From Candidatus Aenigmatarchaeota archaeon (GTDB taxonomy: Archaea > Aenigmatarchaeota > Aenigmatarchaeia > CG10238-14 > SCSR01), in the NCBI GenBank assembly GCA_018920185.1, contig JAHLMT010000001.1, forward strand, positions 190,717 through 254,716: a stretch of DNA of 64,000 nt, written 5' to 3'. Below the pieces are notes generated by a model that was given only the letters and a program-made list of their open reading frames with translations, was not told the origin of the DNA and did no database searches. Of the stretch, positions 47,079-57,134 are shown in pieces. Numbering within the stretch: the stretch's first letter is position 1; every line of letters starts with the position of its first letter. The position numbers were made by a program, and so were the translations under genes.

Positions 47079-49049
47079 CTAAGTGAAAAACTTACTTGTT
47101 GCTAATATATTTCTATCTTCATCTAATAATCCTGTGTTTGGATAATTCCAATGCTCACCTAAGAGAGTTTGGGCCCATTGTATACTTCCTGATGAATAAC
47201 CATAACTATCTGGGTGCGGCAAACCGAAGGCATGTCCTAATTCATGAGCTAACGCACCGACCCCAAAACCGTATATCTTACCACTAGGTAACCATGTGTT
47301 CATACAACTGTCCTTTGCATTCGGTGGGTTATCAACTGTGAAATATCTATCTTTAACTCGTGCACAATCGTTATCTAGTGTTGCATATATGGCAGCATCC
47401 CCAACCATTGCAAATCCTCCACCAGTAGGATACTGTCTAGCTCCTGCGTATCCACCACCGCCTATAGCAAGAACCCACACAATCCTGTTCGAAGGAAACT
47501 GGTTCCAATCTTGATGAACTGGATAACCTTTGTTCCTAAGTTCTGTTATTATATTCGCTTCGAATTGATTAGCTACAGCACAATTAGTCGCCCCATTACA
47601 CCAGTAAAATTCATTAAACTCATTACCCGCGACAACTGATAAAGGCAGAGCCTGAAATGTTTTATTGTTATTATTATTGAAATAGAACTTTCTTATCTCA
47701 AAAATTTTCTCTCTAAAGAAACCAACCAAGGTATTATCTACTGTGTAATTTTTTGTAAAGAATATAATAGGATAAACTAAATTGTCTAATATTTTATAAG
47801 TACTAGAGTTATAAGATTTGTAATTATTGTTAGCATTATTTGTCACATTTACAAAAAATGTGTAATCCCCAGCCGTAACAGAATTCGAATCAACAGGATT
47901 TAGAATCATCGATGTATTAATCGTATTTCCCGAATTTATAGTTAACATAGAATCTTTTAAAGAACATGAAAAAACGGATGGACATGAAACAGACAAAGAA
48001 AATAATTCAGCACCACAATTATAGTCGTCATTGTTTTTTATAGCTATAGAATAATTCATTCCCATATATTCAAATGGATTAGACAAAGAAATTAGTACTG
48101 TAGGATTTCTCCTAATACAGGGTTCAATACTAACTAATAATTCTGCCGATTTTGTTATTGTTCCATTCGTTGCTAAAACTGTTATTTTATGTGTTCCTAA
48201 TTGCGCATTTGCTTCCGTTAAAATTGTGAGAAGAGATGTAAAAGGAGGTGTGCCATTTTGAGAAGTGAATAGTAAGTTTGTGCCTGTTGAATTATCTGTA
48301 GCTAACAATGTTACTGTTTGTGTAGTGCCGTTTGTTAAATTAATGAATACTAAAACTGAAACCTTATCACCTCTGTAGATAGATACACTTGAAGTGTTAA
48401 GAGCTACGTCAAAATTAAATTGTGAAATATCTGATCTTAAAAACACGACTTCTAATGAATGATTTTTGTCCATCTTAATTATTATCGGATTACTGAATAC
48501 TTTCACACCGTCTAAAAGATAATGTGAAAATGTGTAATTTCTATCAGGAGTTGCATCAACTTTAACTTCACTACCTTCTTGATATTCGTATACACCAATT
48601 CCAGGTGTTGTATTTCCTCTCCCCACAATTCCAATGGATAGTTTGTATATTTTCAACGACAATTCTGGTTCAGTCGATGGTGGTTTAGGAAAAACGAGTT
48701 CTAATGATTTATTAATATTTCCTAGTTCTACAGCAATGTTTATTCTTTCTTCAAACGATGGCAACTCTGATAATTTGATAATATAGGTAGAATTAGGTGG
48801 TATCTCATTCTTATTTGTTATTTGCAACAAAGTATTTCCAAAATAAATTTTGAGACTTCCTTCAGGAATAATCTTGGTACCAATATTCTGAACTAAAATA
48901 TTTGAGCCCTCCTGTTTTAAATAAAAATCAATAAATGTAGGTTTTTCTTTGATTCCAGATTCGTGTGTGGTCAATAAAAGAATTACATAAGATACACTTA
49001 CACTAACCAGTATTAATGCAACTACTATAATCGCTGTTCCAGAGACCAA
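47079..49049 (-). CDS. Secreted/membrane-anchored metzincin-like zinc metalloprotease with Ig-like/beta-sandwich domains
   Basis: N-terminal TM/signal; HELGHAFGLPHPD (HExxHxxGxxH/D) near the C-terminus; about 450 aa of beta-rich repeats. Confidence 0.7.
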   Translation of the reverse strand: MVSGTAIIVVALILVSVSVSYVILLLTTHESGIKEKPTFIDFYLKQEGSNILVQNIGTKIIPEGSLKIYFGNTLLQITNKNEIPPNSTYIIKLSELPSFEERINIAVELGNINKSLELVFPKPPSTEPELSLKIYKLSIGIVGRGNTTPGIGVYEYQEGSEVKVDATPDRNYTFSHYLLDGVKVFSNPIIIKMDKNHSLEVVFLRSDISQFNFDVALNTSSVSIYRGDKVSVLVFINLTNGTTQTVTLLATDNSTGTNLLFTSQNGTPPFTSLLTILTEANAQLGTHKITVLATNGTITKSAELLVSIEPCIRRNPTVLISLSNPFEYMGMNYSIAIKNNDDYNCGAELFSLSVSCPSVFSCSLKDSMLTINSGNTINTSMILNPVDSNSVTAGDYTFFVNVTNNANNNYKSYNSSTYKILDNLVYPIIFFTKNYTVDNTLVGFFREKIFEIRKFYFNNNNNKTFQALPLSVVAGNEFNEFYWCNGATNCAVANQFEANIITELRNKGYPVHQDWNQFPSNRIVWVLAIGGGGYAGARQYPTGGGFAMVGDAAIYATLDNDCARVKDRYFTVDNPPNAKDSCMNTWLPSGKIYGFGVGALAHELGHAFGLPHPDSYGYSSGSIQWAQTLLGEHWNYPNTGLLDEDRNILATSKFFT

Positions 49050-49201
49050 CTAATCACTAATTATATTATTTTTTAACAGCCATAAATTGAGATATACCAT
49101 TGCTGAGTTTTCACTATCTGGGTTCTAAATCTTTTGGTGGATTGGGGTATAACCTTCTTATAAAATCAAATTTTTAAATATCATAATGTAAGATACACAA
49201 T

Positions 49202-49286
49202 GCTCGGGTGGCCGAATGGCGAGGCAGACATAAAGGCATAACCGCCTGCAGAGCGGCGTAAATGGGTTCGATTCCCATCCCGAGCT
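49202..49286 (+). tRNA. tRNA-like element (85 nt); isotype undetermined because no canonical anticodon arm could be folded
   Basis: Acceptor GCTCGGG/CCCGAGC, D-arm GCC-GAATGGCGA-GGC, T-arm ATGGG-TTCGATT-CCCAT, GC-rich in an AT-rich spacer; the central 26-57 region forms only a 4-bp CGCC/GGCG stem. Confidence 0.45.
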
Positions 49287-49324
49287 TAAGATTATAATTT
49301 AAAAATATCACAATTACACATATT

Positions 49325-50722
49325 ATGGTACTCAAGCTTTTCGACACAATGACAAAAAAGAAAAAAATATTCAAACCTTTGAAAGACAAGGAAGTAAAAA
49401 TGTTTGTATGTGGACAAACTGTATATGACGATGCTCATCTTGGACATGCTAAAACTTATGTAAATTTTGATATACTCGCACGATTTCTCAGATATTTAGG
49501 TTACAAACTCCATTACATCCAAAATATTACAGATATAGATGACAAGATAATCAATAGGGCAAAAGAAAAGGGAGAACATCCTTTGAAACTTGCAGAACAC
49601 TTCACCAAAAGATTCTTCGAAGATATAGAACGATTGAAAATAAAAGAAACTATTAATGACTTTCCCAAATCAACAGATTATATCCCTCAAATGATAGACC
49701 AGATTAATACTTTATTGAAAAAAGGATATGCATATGTTGTAGATGGGGATGTTTATTTCGACGTCTCAAAATTCAAAGACTATACCAAACTCTCAAGAAT
49801 GAAGCTTAAAGACCTAGAAAAACACAGGATAGAACCTGACGAACGAAAGAGAAATTCTTACGATTTCTCACTATGGAAATCGGCCAAACTAGATGAAATT
49901 TCGTGGGACTCTCCTTTTGGAAAAGGAAGACCAGGATGGCACATTGAAGATACTGCAATTACAGTAACAATATTCGGTCCACAATATGATATTCATGGCG
50001 GGGCTAACGAGCTGATATTTCCACATCACACAAATGAGATAGCTCAAGCAGAAGCTGCCACTGGTATTAAACCCTTTGTTAAATATTGGTTGCATTCAGG
50101 TGTTCTTAATATTCGTGGACAAAAAATGAGCAAATCTCTAAAAAATTTTATCACAATTCGTGAAGCTCTTGAAAAGTATTCACCCGAAACTTTGAGATTA
50201 TGGATTGCTTCTACTCATTACAGAAAACCTATAGATTACAATGAAAAAGATTTAGAAGTTGCAAAGAAAAAGATAGAAAAGATCAAGCTAACATTAGAGA
50301 GGATTAATGAGAACTATTCAAAAGCTGGAAAAGGAGAGTTTTTTGTTAACAAAATTAAAAAACTGAGGAAAGAGTTTCTTGATGCAATGAACGACGATAT
50401 CAATACACCCCTCGCTTTAACAAAATATTTTGAACTAATAACTCTGATAAATAAACAGATAGATAAAAATCAATTTTCCAAGAACGATTTAAAACTTGCT
50501 GAAGAAACTATGAAAGAATTTGGAAATTTATTCCAGATAATTCCAGAGTTAGAGAAAAAAGAGCTACCTAAAGAAGTTTTAGAATTAATAAAGAAAAGAG
50601 AAACTATGAGAAAGATTGGTGATTTTGAAACCGCAGATAAAATTAGGAATGAAATTAAAGAGAGATTTGGAATAATTCTGGAAGATACAAAAGAAGGAGT
50701 TAAATGGAAATTTGTTGAGTAG
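49325..50722 (+). CDS. cysS: Cysteinyl-tRNA synthetase
   Basis: HIGH as HLGHAKTY, KMSKS as KMSKSLKN; class I CysRS layout. Confidence 0.9.
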   Translation: MVLKLFDTMTKKKKIFKPLKDKEVKMFVCGQTVYDDAHLGHAKTYVNFDILARFLRYLGYKLHYIQNITDIDDKIINRAKEKGEHPLKLAEHFTKRFFEDIERLKIKETINDFPKSTDYIPQMIDQINTLLKKGYAYVVDGDVYFDVSKFKDYTKLSRMKLKDLEKHRIEPDERKRNSYDFSLWKSAKLDEISWDSPFGKGRPGWHIEDTAITVTIFGPQYDIHGGANELIFPHHTNEIAQAEAATGIKPFVKYWLHSGVLNIRGQKMSKSLKNFITIREALEKYSPETLRLWIASTHYRKPIDYNEKDLEVAKKKIEKIKLTLERINENYSKAGKGEFFVNKIKKLRKEFLDAMNDDINTPLALTKYFELITLINKQIDKNQFSKNDLKLAEETMKEFGNLFQIIPELEKKELPKEVLELIKKRETMRKIGDFETADKIRNEIKERFGIILEDTKEGVKWKFVE

Positions 50723-51296
50723 GTCTAATAAATATCTATACCCCTTTTCTTTTCATTTTGATTAATCTAAAAATTGTGTTTCATCTGGATTTGGAACGGC
50801 TAAAAGAACATCCCAGAACTTGACTTGTACCACTAATCTAACCTGCTAAAGATTGTATGCAGATACTACCAAAACCAAACAGTCTTTCCCAGAAAGTTCG
50901 AGAAATTATCACATCCGAAATTCTTTCATGGGCATCGATGTTATTCGATAGACAATTATTCCTCGTTTGTGTATAACTGTTTTGTTTGTTATCCAACTGC
51001 TTATATTCTCATACAGCAAATAACTAGACCGATGATAAGCCGCGCAGGTAATAAAACACCAATCCATAAAAACAAATTATTCCAAGATAATGAGTCAAAT
51101 TGAAACGGTAGTACCAAAGTTAAAAAACGAGCCAGCCAAACCTTCAATCAAAAAAAAAGAAATACAATTAAAACCTGTTAGGCCTTTCATCAAGAATTTT
51201 TTCCCTGCAGATTAATCTTCCATATAAAAAACATATGTAAAAATTTAAATCCCTCATTTCAATATATTTTGAGAAGTTATCTTCTCAAGGTATTCC

Positions 51297-52586
51297 ATGG
51301 TCGATTTTCGTCGTGTATTGCAATGGTATTCTCACGAATCTGTTCAGAAAGCTCTTGTTGAAGCAGGAAAAAATCGTGAGGTAGTCTCAGTTTTCCAAGA
51401 CGGCTCCTTCGGCAAACGTCCCGATGTTATACAATACCCTACAGATGTGATTCAAGCCGTAGCAGAAGGTACGGTATCATTTCACGGTTCTGTCGAGCAA
51501 TGGAGTAATCCTATGGAGCTCGATGTGGGCATGACTAAAGCTCAACTAGACAAGTTGAGAACTGGATGGAGTCTGATAATAGATCCCGATGTGAAAGATT
51601 TTGAAATTGCCAAACTTGTTACCAAAGAAATTGTCGGTCTATTGTACAAGCATGGAGTAAAAAACATTTCTGTTAAATTTACAGGTGGTAAAGGTTTCCA
51701 TATAGGTATTCCATTTGAATCATTCCCTGAAAGAATAAACTTACAACCAACAAATATTTTATATCCCTCACTATACCAGACAATAATTGAATACATTAAA
51801 TGGTACTCAAAAGATTCACTGAAAGAAAAATTGCTTGCATTTGATGATGCAGAAAATCTAGCGAAAAGAATTGGTAAGTCTCTAAAAGATATCACAGTTG
51901 ATAACGAGCTTGATCCATTCAAATTAATTTCGATGGACATTTTTGGTTCACGACATTTGTTCAGATTGCCTTATTCTTTGCACGAGTCCAGTTTACTAGT
52001 TAGTCTACCAATAAAACCAGAAAAAATAGACAAATTTAAAAAAGAAGACGCCACAATAGAACGAGCTAAAGTCGAAGAGAAATTTCTGATACCGGTAGAA
52101 AAGAATGATGCAGAAGGTCTTGTTGTTGAAGCTTTAGATTGGGCAAGTAAATATAAACTAGAAATTAAAGAAGAACTACCACAAATGAAAAAATTTGTTA
52201 GAATGCAAGAAATACCAGAAATGTTCTTTCCACCTTGCATTAAATTTCTTTTGAAGGGGCTCTCGGACGGAAGAAAAAGAGCATTATTCATCCTAATTAC
52301 TTTCTTAAGAAACATGGGATGGAGTGACGAAAAAATTCAAAATAAAATTTTTGAATGGAATGAAAAGAATATACCACCATTGCGAGCAAATTATTTACGT
52401 TCACAACTAAGATGGCATTTTAGACAAGATAGAAATCTACTACCACCAAATTGCGATAATGAAACATTTTACAAACAAATCGGAGCTTATGACATCTGTT
52501 GCAAAGAAGTAGATCATGCAAATGTAAAGAATCCTGTTAATGTTCCTTTAAGAAAATTAAAAGAAAGAAAACAAAGAATTAAATGA
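51297..52586 (+). CDS. priS: DNA primase small (catalytic) subunit PriS
   Basis: WSLIIDPD catalytic Asp motif and GGKGFHIGIP (SGxRGFHxh) motif; C-terminal Cys cluster. Confidence 0.8.
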   Translation: MVDFRRVLQWYSHESVQKALVEAGKNREVVSVFQDGSFGKRPDVIQYPTDVIQAVAEGTVSFHGSVEQWSNPMELDVGMTKAQLDKLRTGWSLIIDPDVKDFEIAKLVTKEIVGLLYKHGVKNISVKFTGGKGFHIGIPFESFPERINLQPTNILYPSLYQTIIEYIKWYSKDSLKEKLLAFDDAENLAKRIGKSLKDITVDNELDPFKLISMDIFGSRHLFRLPYSLHESSLLVSLPIKPEKIDKFKKEDATIERAKVEEKFLIPVEKNDAEGLVVEALDWASKYKLEIKEELPQMKKFVRMQEIPEMFFPPCIKFLLKGLSDGRKRALFILITFLRNMGWSDEKIQNKIFEWNEKNIPPLRANYLRSQLRWHFRQDRNLLPPNCDNETFYKQIGAYDICCKEVDHANVKNPVNVPLRKLKERKQRIK

Positions 52587-53203
52587 TGAAAGTAGAAGCT
52601 TATTGTGATAGTAGACAAGGTGCCGACCATTTTGAAAATGAGGATGCAATTCTTTTTAACAAAAAGAAAAATCTTTTCGCTATCGCCGATGGTGTTACTC
52701 TACCTTTTGGTGGGAAAGAGGCGAGCACTCGATCGGTTAAATATCTAAACAAATTCTTTGCTGGTGATCTTGAAGAAGCATTTGAAAAAGTAAATGCAAA
52801 AATATTGGAAGATAAAGAGAAGAATCCTGCTATTGGATACACAACTCTGGTTGCAGCTCACATTAAAAACGATAAAACCGTTGAAATCGCAAGTGTCGGC
52901 GACAGTAGAGCTTATTTAATAAACCATGGTATAGAGCTTTTGTTAGCACCATCACTTAATTCTGTTATCGGTCAACAAAAAATTTTAATCGATGTGTGGA
53001 AACATAAACTTGACCCTACAGAAATAATCATGCTATGTACAGACGGAGTTATTAATGTTGTCAAAGAAGACGAAATTGAAAAAATCGTGAAAAGTAACAG
53101 TATGAGAGATGCTATTGTTAAAATATTAGATGTAGCAGAAAATCGGCCAACAAGTTATAACGATGATAAAACTATAATCTTGTTGAAACTAAAAGATATT
53201 TAA
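52583..53203 (+). CDS. PP2C/SpoIIE-like serine/threonine phosphatase domain protein
   Basis: 206 aa; IADGVTLPFGG and CTDGV metal-binding Asp motifs; 4-bp overlap with priS. Confidence 0.5.
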   Translation: MMKVEAYCDSRQGADHFENEDAILFNKKKNLFAIADGVTLPFGGKEASTRSVKYLNKFFAGDLEEAFEKVNAKILEDKEKNPAIGYTTLVAAHIKNDKTVEIASVGDSRAYLINHGIELLLAPSLNSVIGQQKILIDVWKHKLDPTEIIMLCTDGVINVVKEDEIEKIVKSNSMRDAIVKILDVAENRPTSYNDDKTIILLKLKDI

Positions 53204-53232
53204 CTTTTCTAACTTTCATATTAAATGAAAAC

Positions 53233-53763
53233 ATGGCAGAGGAAACTATCACATTCGAACTTATAAGAAAAATCCAGCTTGAAGAACAAAAAGCACCAAT
53301 TTTGACCAAATTACCGACAAATTTCTTTAATGCTGTATCAAATTATCTAGAACAAAAAAGAAAACTAATCTCAGATGAAGATAGAAAGAGTTCACTAGAA
53401 CTCAGAAATATAGAAAGACTAGTTGAAGATATATTTAATAGGAGGGAGAGAAAGATAATTAACGCGGCAATAATAAATGCAAGAAGTGGATTACCGCCAG
53501 AAAATCTTAGCGAAGAAGAAAAATCATTTTATAATTCGATCGTAACACTTATTAAAAATAGAAGAAATGATTTGCTTAAAAATCTGTTAACAGGTAAAAC
53601 AGAATCAGTTTTTACGGTAGTTTTTAAGGAAGATACTCCTGAGTTTGTAGGTATTGACGAAAAAACTTATGGTCCATTTAAAAAAGGTGATGTAACAAAT
53701 ATTCCTGAGGAGAATGCAAAAATCCTGATTGAAAGAGGAATTGTGGAAAAGCTTAAAGGTTGA
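53233..53763 (+). CDS. GINS complex subunit (Gins51-like)
   Basis: 176 aa helical-N/beta-C architecture; classic archaeal priS-gins neighbourhood. Confidence 0.55.
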   Translation: MAEETITFELIRKIQLEEQKAPILTKLPTNFFNAVSNYLEQKRKLISDEDRKSSLELRNIERLVEDIFNRRERKIINAAIINARSGLPPENLSEEEKSFYNSIVTLIKNRRNDLLKNLLTGKTESVFTVVFKEDTPEFVGIDEKTYGPFKKGDVTNIPEENAKILIERGIVEKLKG

Positions 53764-54407
53764 TTGTCTTGTTAATTAACATAGAAGCTATAGCTACAGA
53801 TTTTGATTTTGTATTGGGGAAACCATCTTGGGTAAGATATTTACGTATACTATATAGAACTTTAAAAAGAACAAATCCTGAAATTACCGAAAGTTTACTA
53901 TCACTACCTTCTAACTTTCTTTTATTGCGTATTTTAGAATATTTTGCAGAAAGAGTTCTGCTAAATTTTTCTTTATTTGACGGAAGACATTCCCCACTTG
54001 TCGACCCCTTACTATTAAAATCTTATAGTAAATATGGTTTAATTGGAGTTTTTTCAAGACGGTCTACAAAACAACTTCAAAAAAAGTTAGATGAATTGGG
54101 CTATATAGATTTTATATACGCATGTGTTGGATCTGACGATATGGTAAGTACAATAAGAAAAGAATATATATCGAAATGTATTGAACGATTGGGTGTCCCG
54201 CCAAAATCTATTCTGGTTATGAGCGATTCGCCCTCTGATCTCCAAAAAGCAAGAAATGAATACGGAGCAAAGATATGTGCAGTTCCAACAGGGTACCACT
54301 CGATAGAATCTTTAAAAAGACTTAATCCCGATTTTCTAATGAATGCTCAAAGTGTATTTGAAACTTTACTTAACCAAGTACAAAATCAATTAAATTTGGG
54401 TGATTAG
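53760..54407 (+). CDS. HAD-superfamily hydrolase-like protein
   Basis: C-terminal VMSDSPSDLQKA resembles HAD motif IV; N-terminal motif I degenerate (ATDFDFV). Confidence 0.4.
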   Translation: MIVLLINIEAIATDFDFVLGKPSWVRYLRILYRTLKRTNPEITESLLSLPSNFLLLRILEYFAERVLLNFSLFDGRHSPLVDPLLLKSYSKYGLIGVFSRRSTKQLQKKLDELGYIDFIYACVGSDDMVSTIRKEYISKCIERLGVPPKSILVMSDSPSDLQKARNEYGAKICAVPTGYHSIESLKRLNPDFLMNAQSVFETLLNQVQNQLNLGD

Positions 54408-54479
54408 ATTTTTAATATTCATTTAAAAGAAGCCTTCGAAGGCATTTGGAAAATAATAACAACTCAAAGAACTTTTAAA

Positions 54480-54761
54480 GTGATGCTAGCGATAGCATTA
54501 ATAACTATAATAGCGGCTTTCTATTTTGATTTCAACCGGACAGAGTGGTTAATACTAATAATAATGATTAATTTAGTTCTAACCTCTGAAATGCTAAATA
54601 CAGCTATAGAATTCTTGTCAGATAGAGTTAACAATAAATACGACAGTAAGATAAAAGTTGTAAAAGACATTTCTGCTGGTGCTGTATTAACAGCTTCCAT
54701 AACTTCTGTAATCGTGGGTATAATTCTCTTTTATCCAAAAATTTTAATATTCTTAAAGTAA
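54480..54761 (+). CDS. Diacylglycerol-kinase (DgkA)-family small membrane protein, GTG start, N-terminally short
   Basis: [23 protein letters not shown]...KDISAGAVL matches the prokaryotic DAGK core. Confidence 0.5.
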   Translation: MMLAIALITIIAAFYFDFNRTEWLILIIMINLVLTSEMLNTAIEFLSDRVNNKYDSKIKVVKDISAGAVLTASITSVIVGIILFYPKILIFLK

Positions 54762-54778
54762 ATGTTCAATTGATTAAA

Positions 54779-55060
54779 ATGAAATTCCCGTCAAAAATTC
54801 GTACACATTGCCCGAACTGTAAGAAACACACCGAACACACGGTAGAGTTAGCGAAGAAAAAACCAAGAAGAACGTTGGCACAAGGTCAGAGAAGATTCTT
54901 ACGATTAATGAAAGGATATGGCAGCTTTCCAAGACCTCAACCAGAATACGAAAAATCTACCAAAAAAATAGACCTCAGATACAAATGTTTGGAATGTGGT
55001 AAGAAGCATACGAGAGGTGAAGGTTGGAGAGCTAAAAAATTCGAAATTGTCAAGGTATGA
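54779..55060 (+). CDS. rpl44e: 50S ribosomal protein L44e
   Basis: [20 protein letters not shown]...CLECGKKH zinc ribbon; start set at the conserved MKFP. Confidence 0.85.
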   Translation: MKFPSKIRTHCPNCKKHTEHTVELAKKKPRRTLAQGQRRFLRLMKGYGSFPRPQPEYEKSTKKIDLRYKCLECGKKHTRGEGWRAKKFEIVKV

Positions 55061-55251
55061 CTATGGAAGAACTAATCCAAATGCCAAAAAGCAAGTTCCT
55101 TCGTGTAGCTTGTAAGAACTGTAAAAACGATCAGATAGTATTCGATAAAGCATCTACACTTGTGAAGTGTATGAAATGTAACGCAGAACTTGTTATTCCC
55201 ACCGGTGGTAAATCAGAAATATATGGTAAAATATTGCAAACTCTATCGTAA
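55057..55251 (+). CDS. rps27e: 30S ribosomal protein S27e
   Basis: CKNCKN...CMKCNAEL C4 ribbon; ATGA overlap with L44e, the conserved gene pair. Confidence 0.85.
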   Translation: MTMEELIQMPKSKFLRVACKNCKNDQIVFDKASTLVKCMKCNAELVIPTGGKSEIYGKILQTLS

Positions 55252-55285
55252 ACTTTAAATATATCTTTTAACTTTAAATTTAATT

Positions 55286-55708
55286 ATGCCTTGGGGATAT
55301 TGGGATCCTTTTGAAGAAATGGAGAGAATGAGAAAAAGGATGCAAGATCTATTCCACAGATTTGGCGAAACACTCGAAGAAGAAACCTACGGATTCCCTC
55401 TCGACATCAGTGAGACAGATGAGGATTTAATAGTTAGAGCAGAATTACCAGGATTTAATAAAGATGAAATTTCAATCAAAGCTACTGAAAATAGTCTAGA
55501 TATATCAGCCGAACATAAAGAAAAGAAAATAGAAAAGACAGAAAAGATTCTTAGAGCTGAAAGGAAATATGGTCACGTGAGAAGATTTGTGACTCTACCG
55601 ACAGAAGTTAATCTTGATAATGTAGATGCTAATTTTGAAAATGGTGTGTTAACGATAAGGTTGAAAAAGGCAAAAGCAAGGAAAGTTAAAGAAATAAATA
55701 TAGAGTAA
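55286..55708 (+). CDS. Small heat-shock protein (Hsp20/alpha-crystallin)
   Basis: Alpha-crystallin domain ending ENGVLTIRLKK. Confidence 0.8.
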   Translation: MPWGYWDPFEEMERMRKRMQDLFHRFGETLEEETYGFPLDISETDEDLIVRAELPGFNKDEISIKATENSLDISAEHKEKKIEKTEKILRAERKYGHVRRFVTLPTEVNLDNVDANFENGVLTIRLKKAKARKVKEINIE

Positions 55709-55768
55709 AATCAATAATGCTTCATACAAAAATTAATCTTTTTAAATTCCTAATAATTAATAGATGGC

Positions 55769-56323
55769 ATGTTTTGGGACAAAAAGTGCAAGAATTGTGG
55801 CAACAAGGTTGATAGAAAATGGATTTTCTGTCCTTATTGTAGTTCGCCCCTAAAAGAAATTAAAGAAAAAGACATATTTCAAGAAGTTGACAAAGAATTT
55901 CGTCAAATAGACAAAATGGTGGAAGCGAAAATTCCCAAATTCATACTTAAACCTCCTCTGAAAGCAAAGGGCTTTGGTATAACAATTACTATGGATAATA
56001 TATCACCACCCAAAATCAACGTTCGGACATATGGTGAACCCAAGCACCATAGTAAATATGAAGAAAAACCTGTTAGAGTACCAAAAGTCACCGAAGAACC
56101 AGAAACAAAAATTCAACGTATTCAAAATAAACAAATAATAACACTAAATTTACCTGATGTGAAAAATCTTGATGATATAGAAATCAGACAATTACAACAA
56201 AGTATTGAAATAAAAGCTTTCGCCGGCGATAAGGCTTACTTCAAGCTGATTCCCGTTCCTTCTAATGCTACGATTAATAATGAGTTTAAAGATGGTGTGC
56301 TGAAGATAGAAATTGTAAAATAA
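55769..56323 (+). CDS. Zinc-ribbon fused to Hsp20-like alpha-crystallin domain
   Basis: N-terminal CKNCGN...CPYC; C-terminal FKDGVLKIEIVK typical sHsp strand. Confidence 0.5.
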   Translation: MFWDKKCKNCGNKVDRKWIFCPYCSSPLKEIKEKDIFQEVDKEFRQIDKMVEAKIPKFILKPPLKAKGFGITITMDNISPPKINVRTYGEPKHHSKYEEKPVRVPKVTEEPETKIQRIQNKQIITLNLPDVKNLDDIEIRQLQQSIEIKAFAGDKAYFKLIPVPSNATINNEFKDGVLKIEIVK

Positions 56324-56324
56324 A

Positions 56325-57134
56325 TTAACTCCAATTTACAATATTTCTCGCGAATATCAGATTATCAAACAATTCGATATTTTTGTTCGTGAAAATATCC
56401 GTATCACATATAGCCAAAACTTTACCTTTACCAACTTCTGCAACTGCTACAACAGGTAGTTTAACTTTTTCTGTTCCTAATGAAGAGCGGGCAGTCTCTT
56501 TAGTATAAATAACAGAATTAGCAGGTTTAACTACAGTCAAACTGCATGCGTCATGTGTAACAATTTTTTCTAGTTCTGCAGTCAAATTTCGTGTAATATT
56601 ATTTTCGACAAATTCTCCTAAGATAGGATTTCTATAGAATAGCCAGTAATTTGTTAAATCATAAACTCTCTCATTATTAAATAAAATTCCAGTATTAAAA
56701 GAAAGCTCATTCAAAATAGGGGCTGATTCTTTTTCACCTAATAAAATCAGAGTCATCCCTTTTTTAATAGCCTGATCCAGTATATACATCTCATCTTTTG
56801 TATAAGTTAAGTTAGGTGAAATAATAACCAAAATATCAATACCAACAAGATTTTCTATACTCCCATTAATAGTACTAATCCATGATTCAGAATCTCTAAA
56901 CAATGATGCAAATCTAGAATACTCACCAAAAATAGAATATTTCGGTTCGTGACCTAAGTCAAATGCAACATTTCTAACATTCTTTTCTATCACAACTTCT
57001 TTTGTTTTTTCAGGCACCGATATCGAAACTCGTATATCCGGTCTTGTGAATTCTTCAGGTCTTGGTAATAGAGAAAATACTATCAAACCAATCAAAATCA
57101 AAATCAAACCAATCATCAATAGTGTAAATTTCAT
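56325..57134 (-). CDS. Membrane-anchored DUF4350-like protein
   Basis: N-terminal TM then flavodoxin-like/GATase1-like fold; no catalytic motif recognised. Confidence 0.4.
   Translation of the reverse strand: MKFTLLMIGLILILIGLIVFSLLPRPEEFTRPDIRVSISVPEKTKEVVIEKNVRNVAFDLGHEPKYSIFGEYSRFASLFRDSESWISTINGSIENLVGIDILVIISPNLTYTKDEMYILDQAIKKGMTLILLGEKESAPILNELSFNTGILFNNERVYDLTNYWLFYRNPILGEFVENNITRNLTAELEKIVTHDACSLTVVKPANSVIYTKETARSSLGTEKVKLPVVAVAEVGKGKVLAICDTDIFTNKNIELFDNLIFARNIVNWS

Noticed and set aside
54408-54479. Longer upstream start for the DgkA-like gene to restore a first TM helix
   Set aside because: In-frame TAA at 54456-54458 limits the ORF; the gene is genuinely short or N-terminally truncated.
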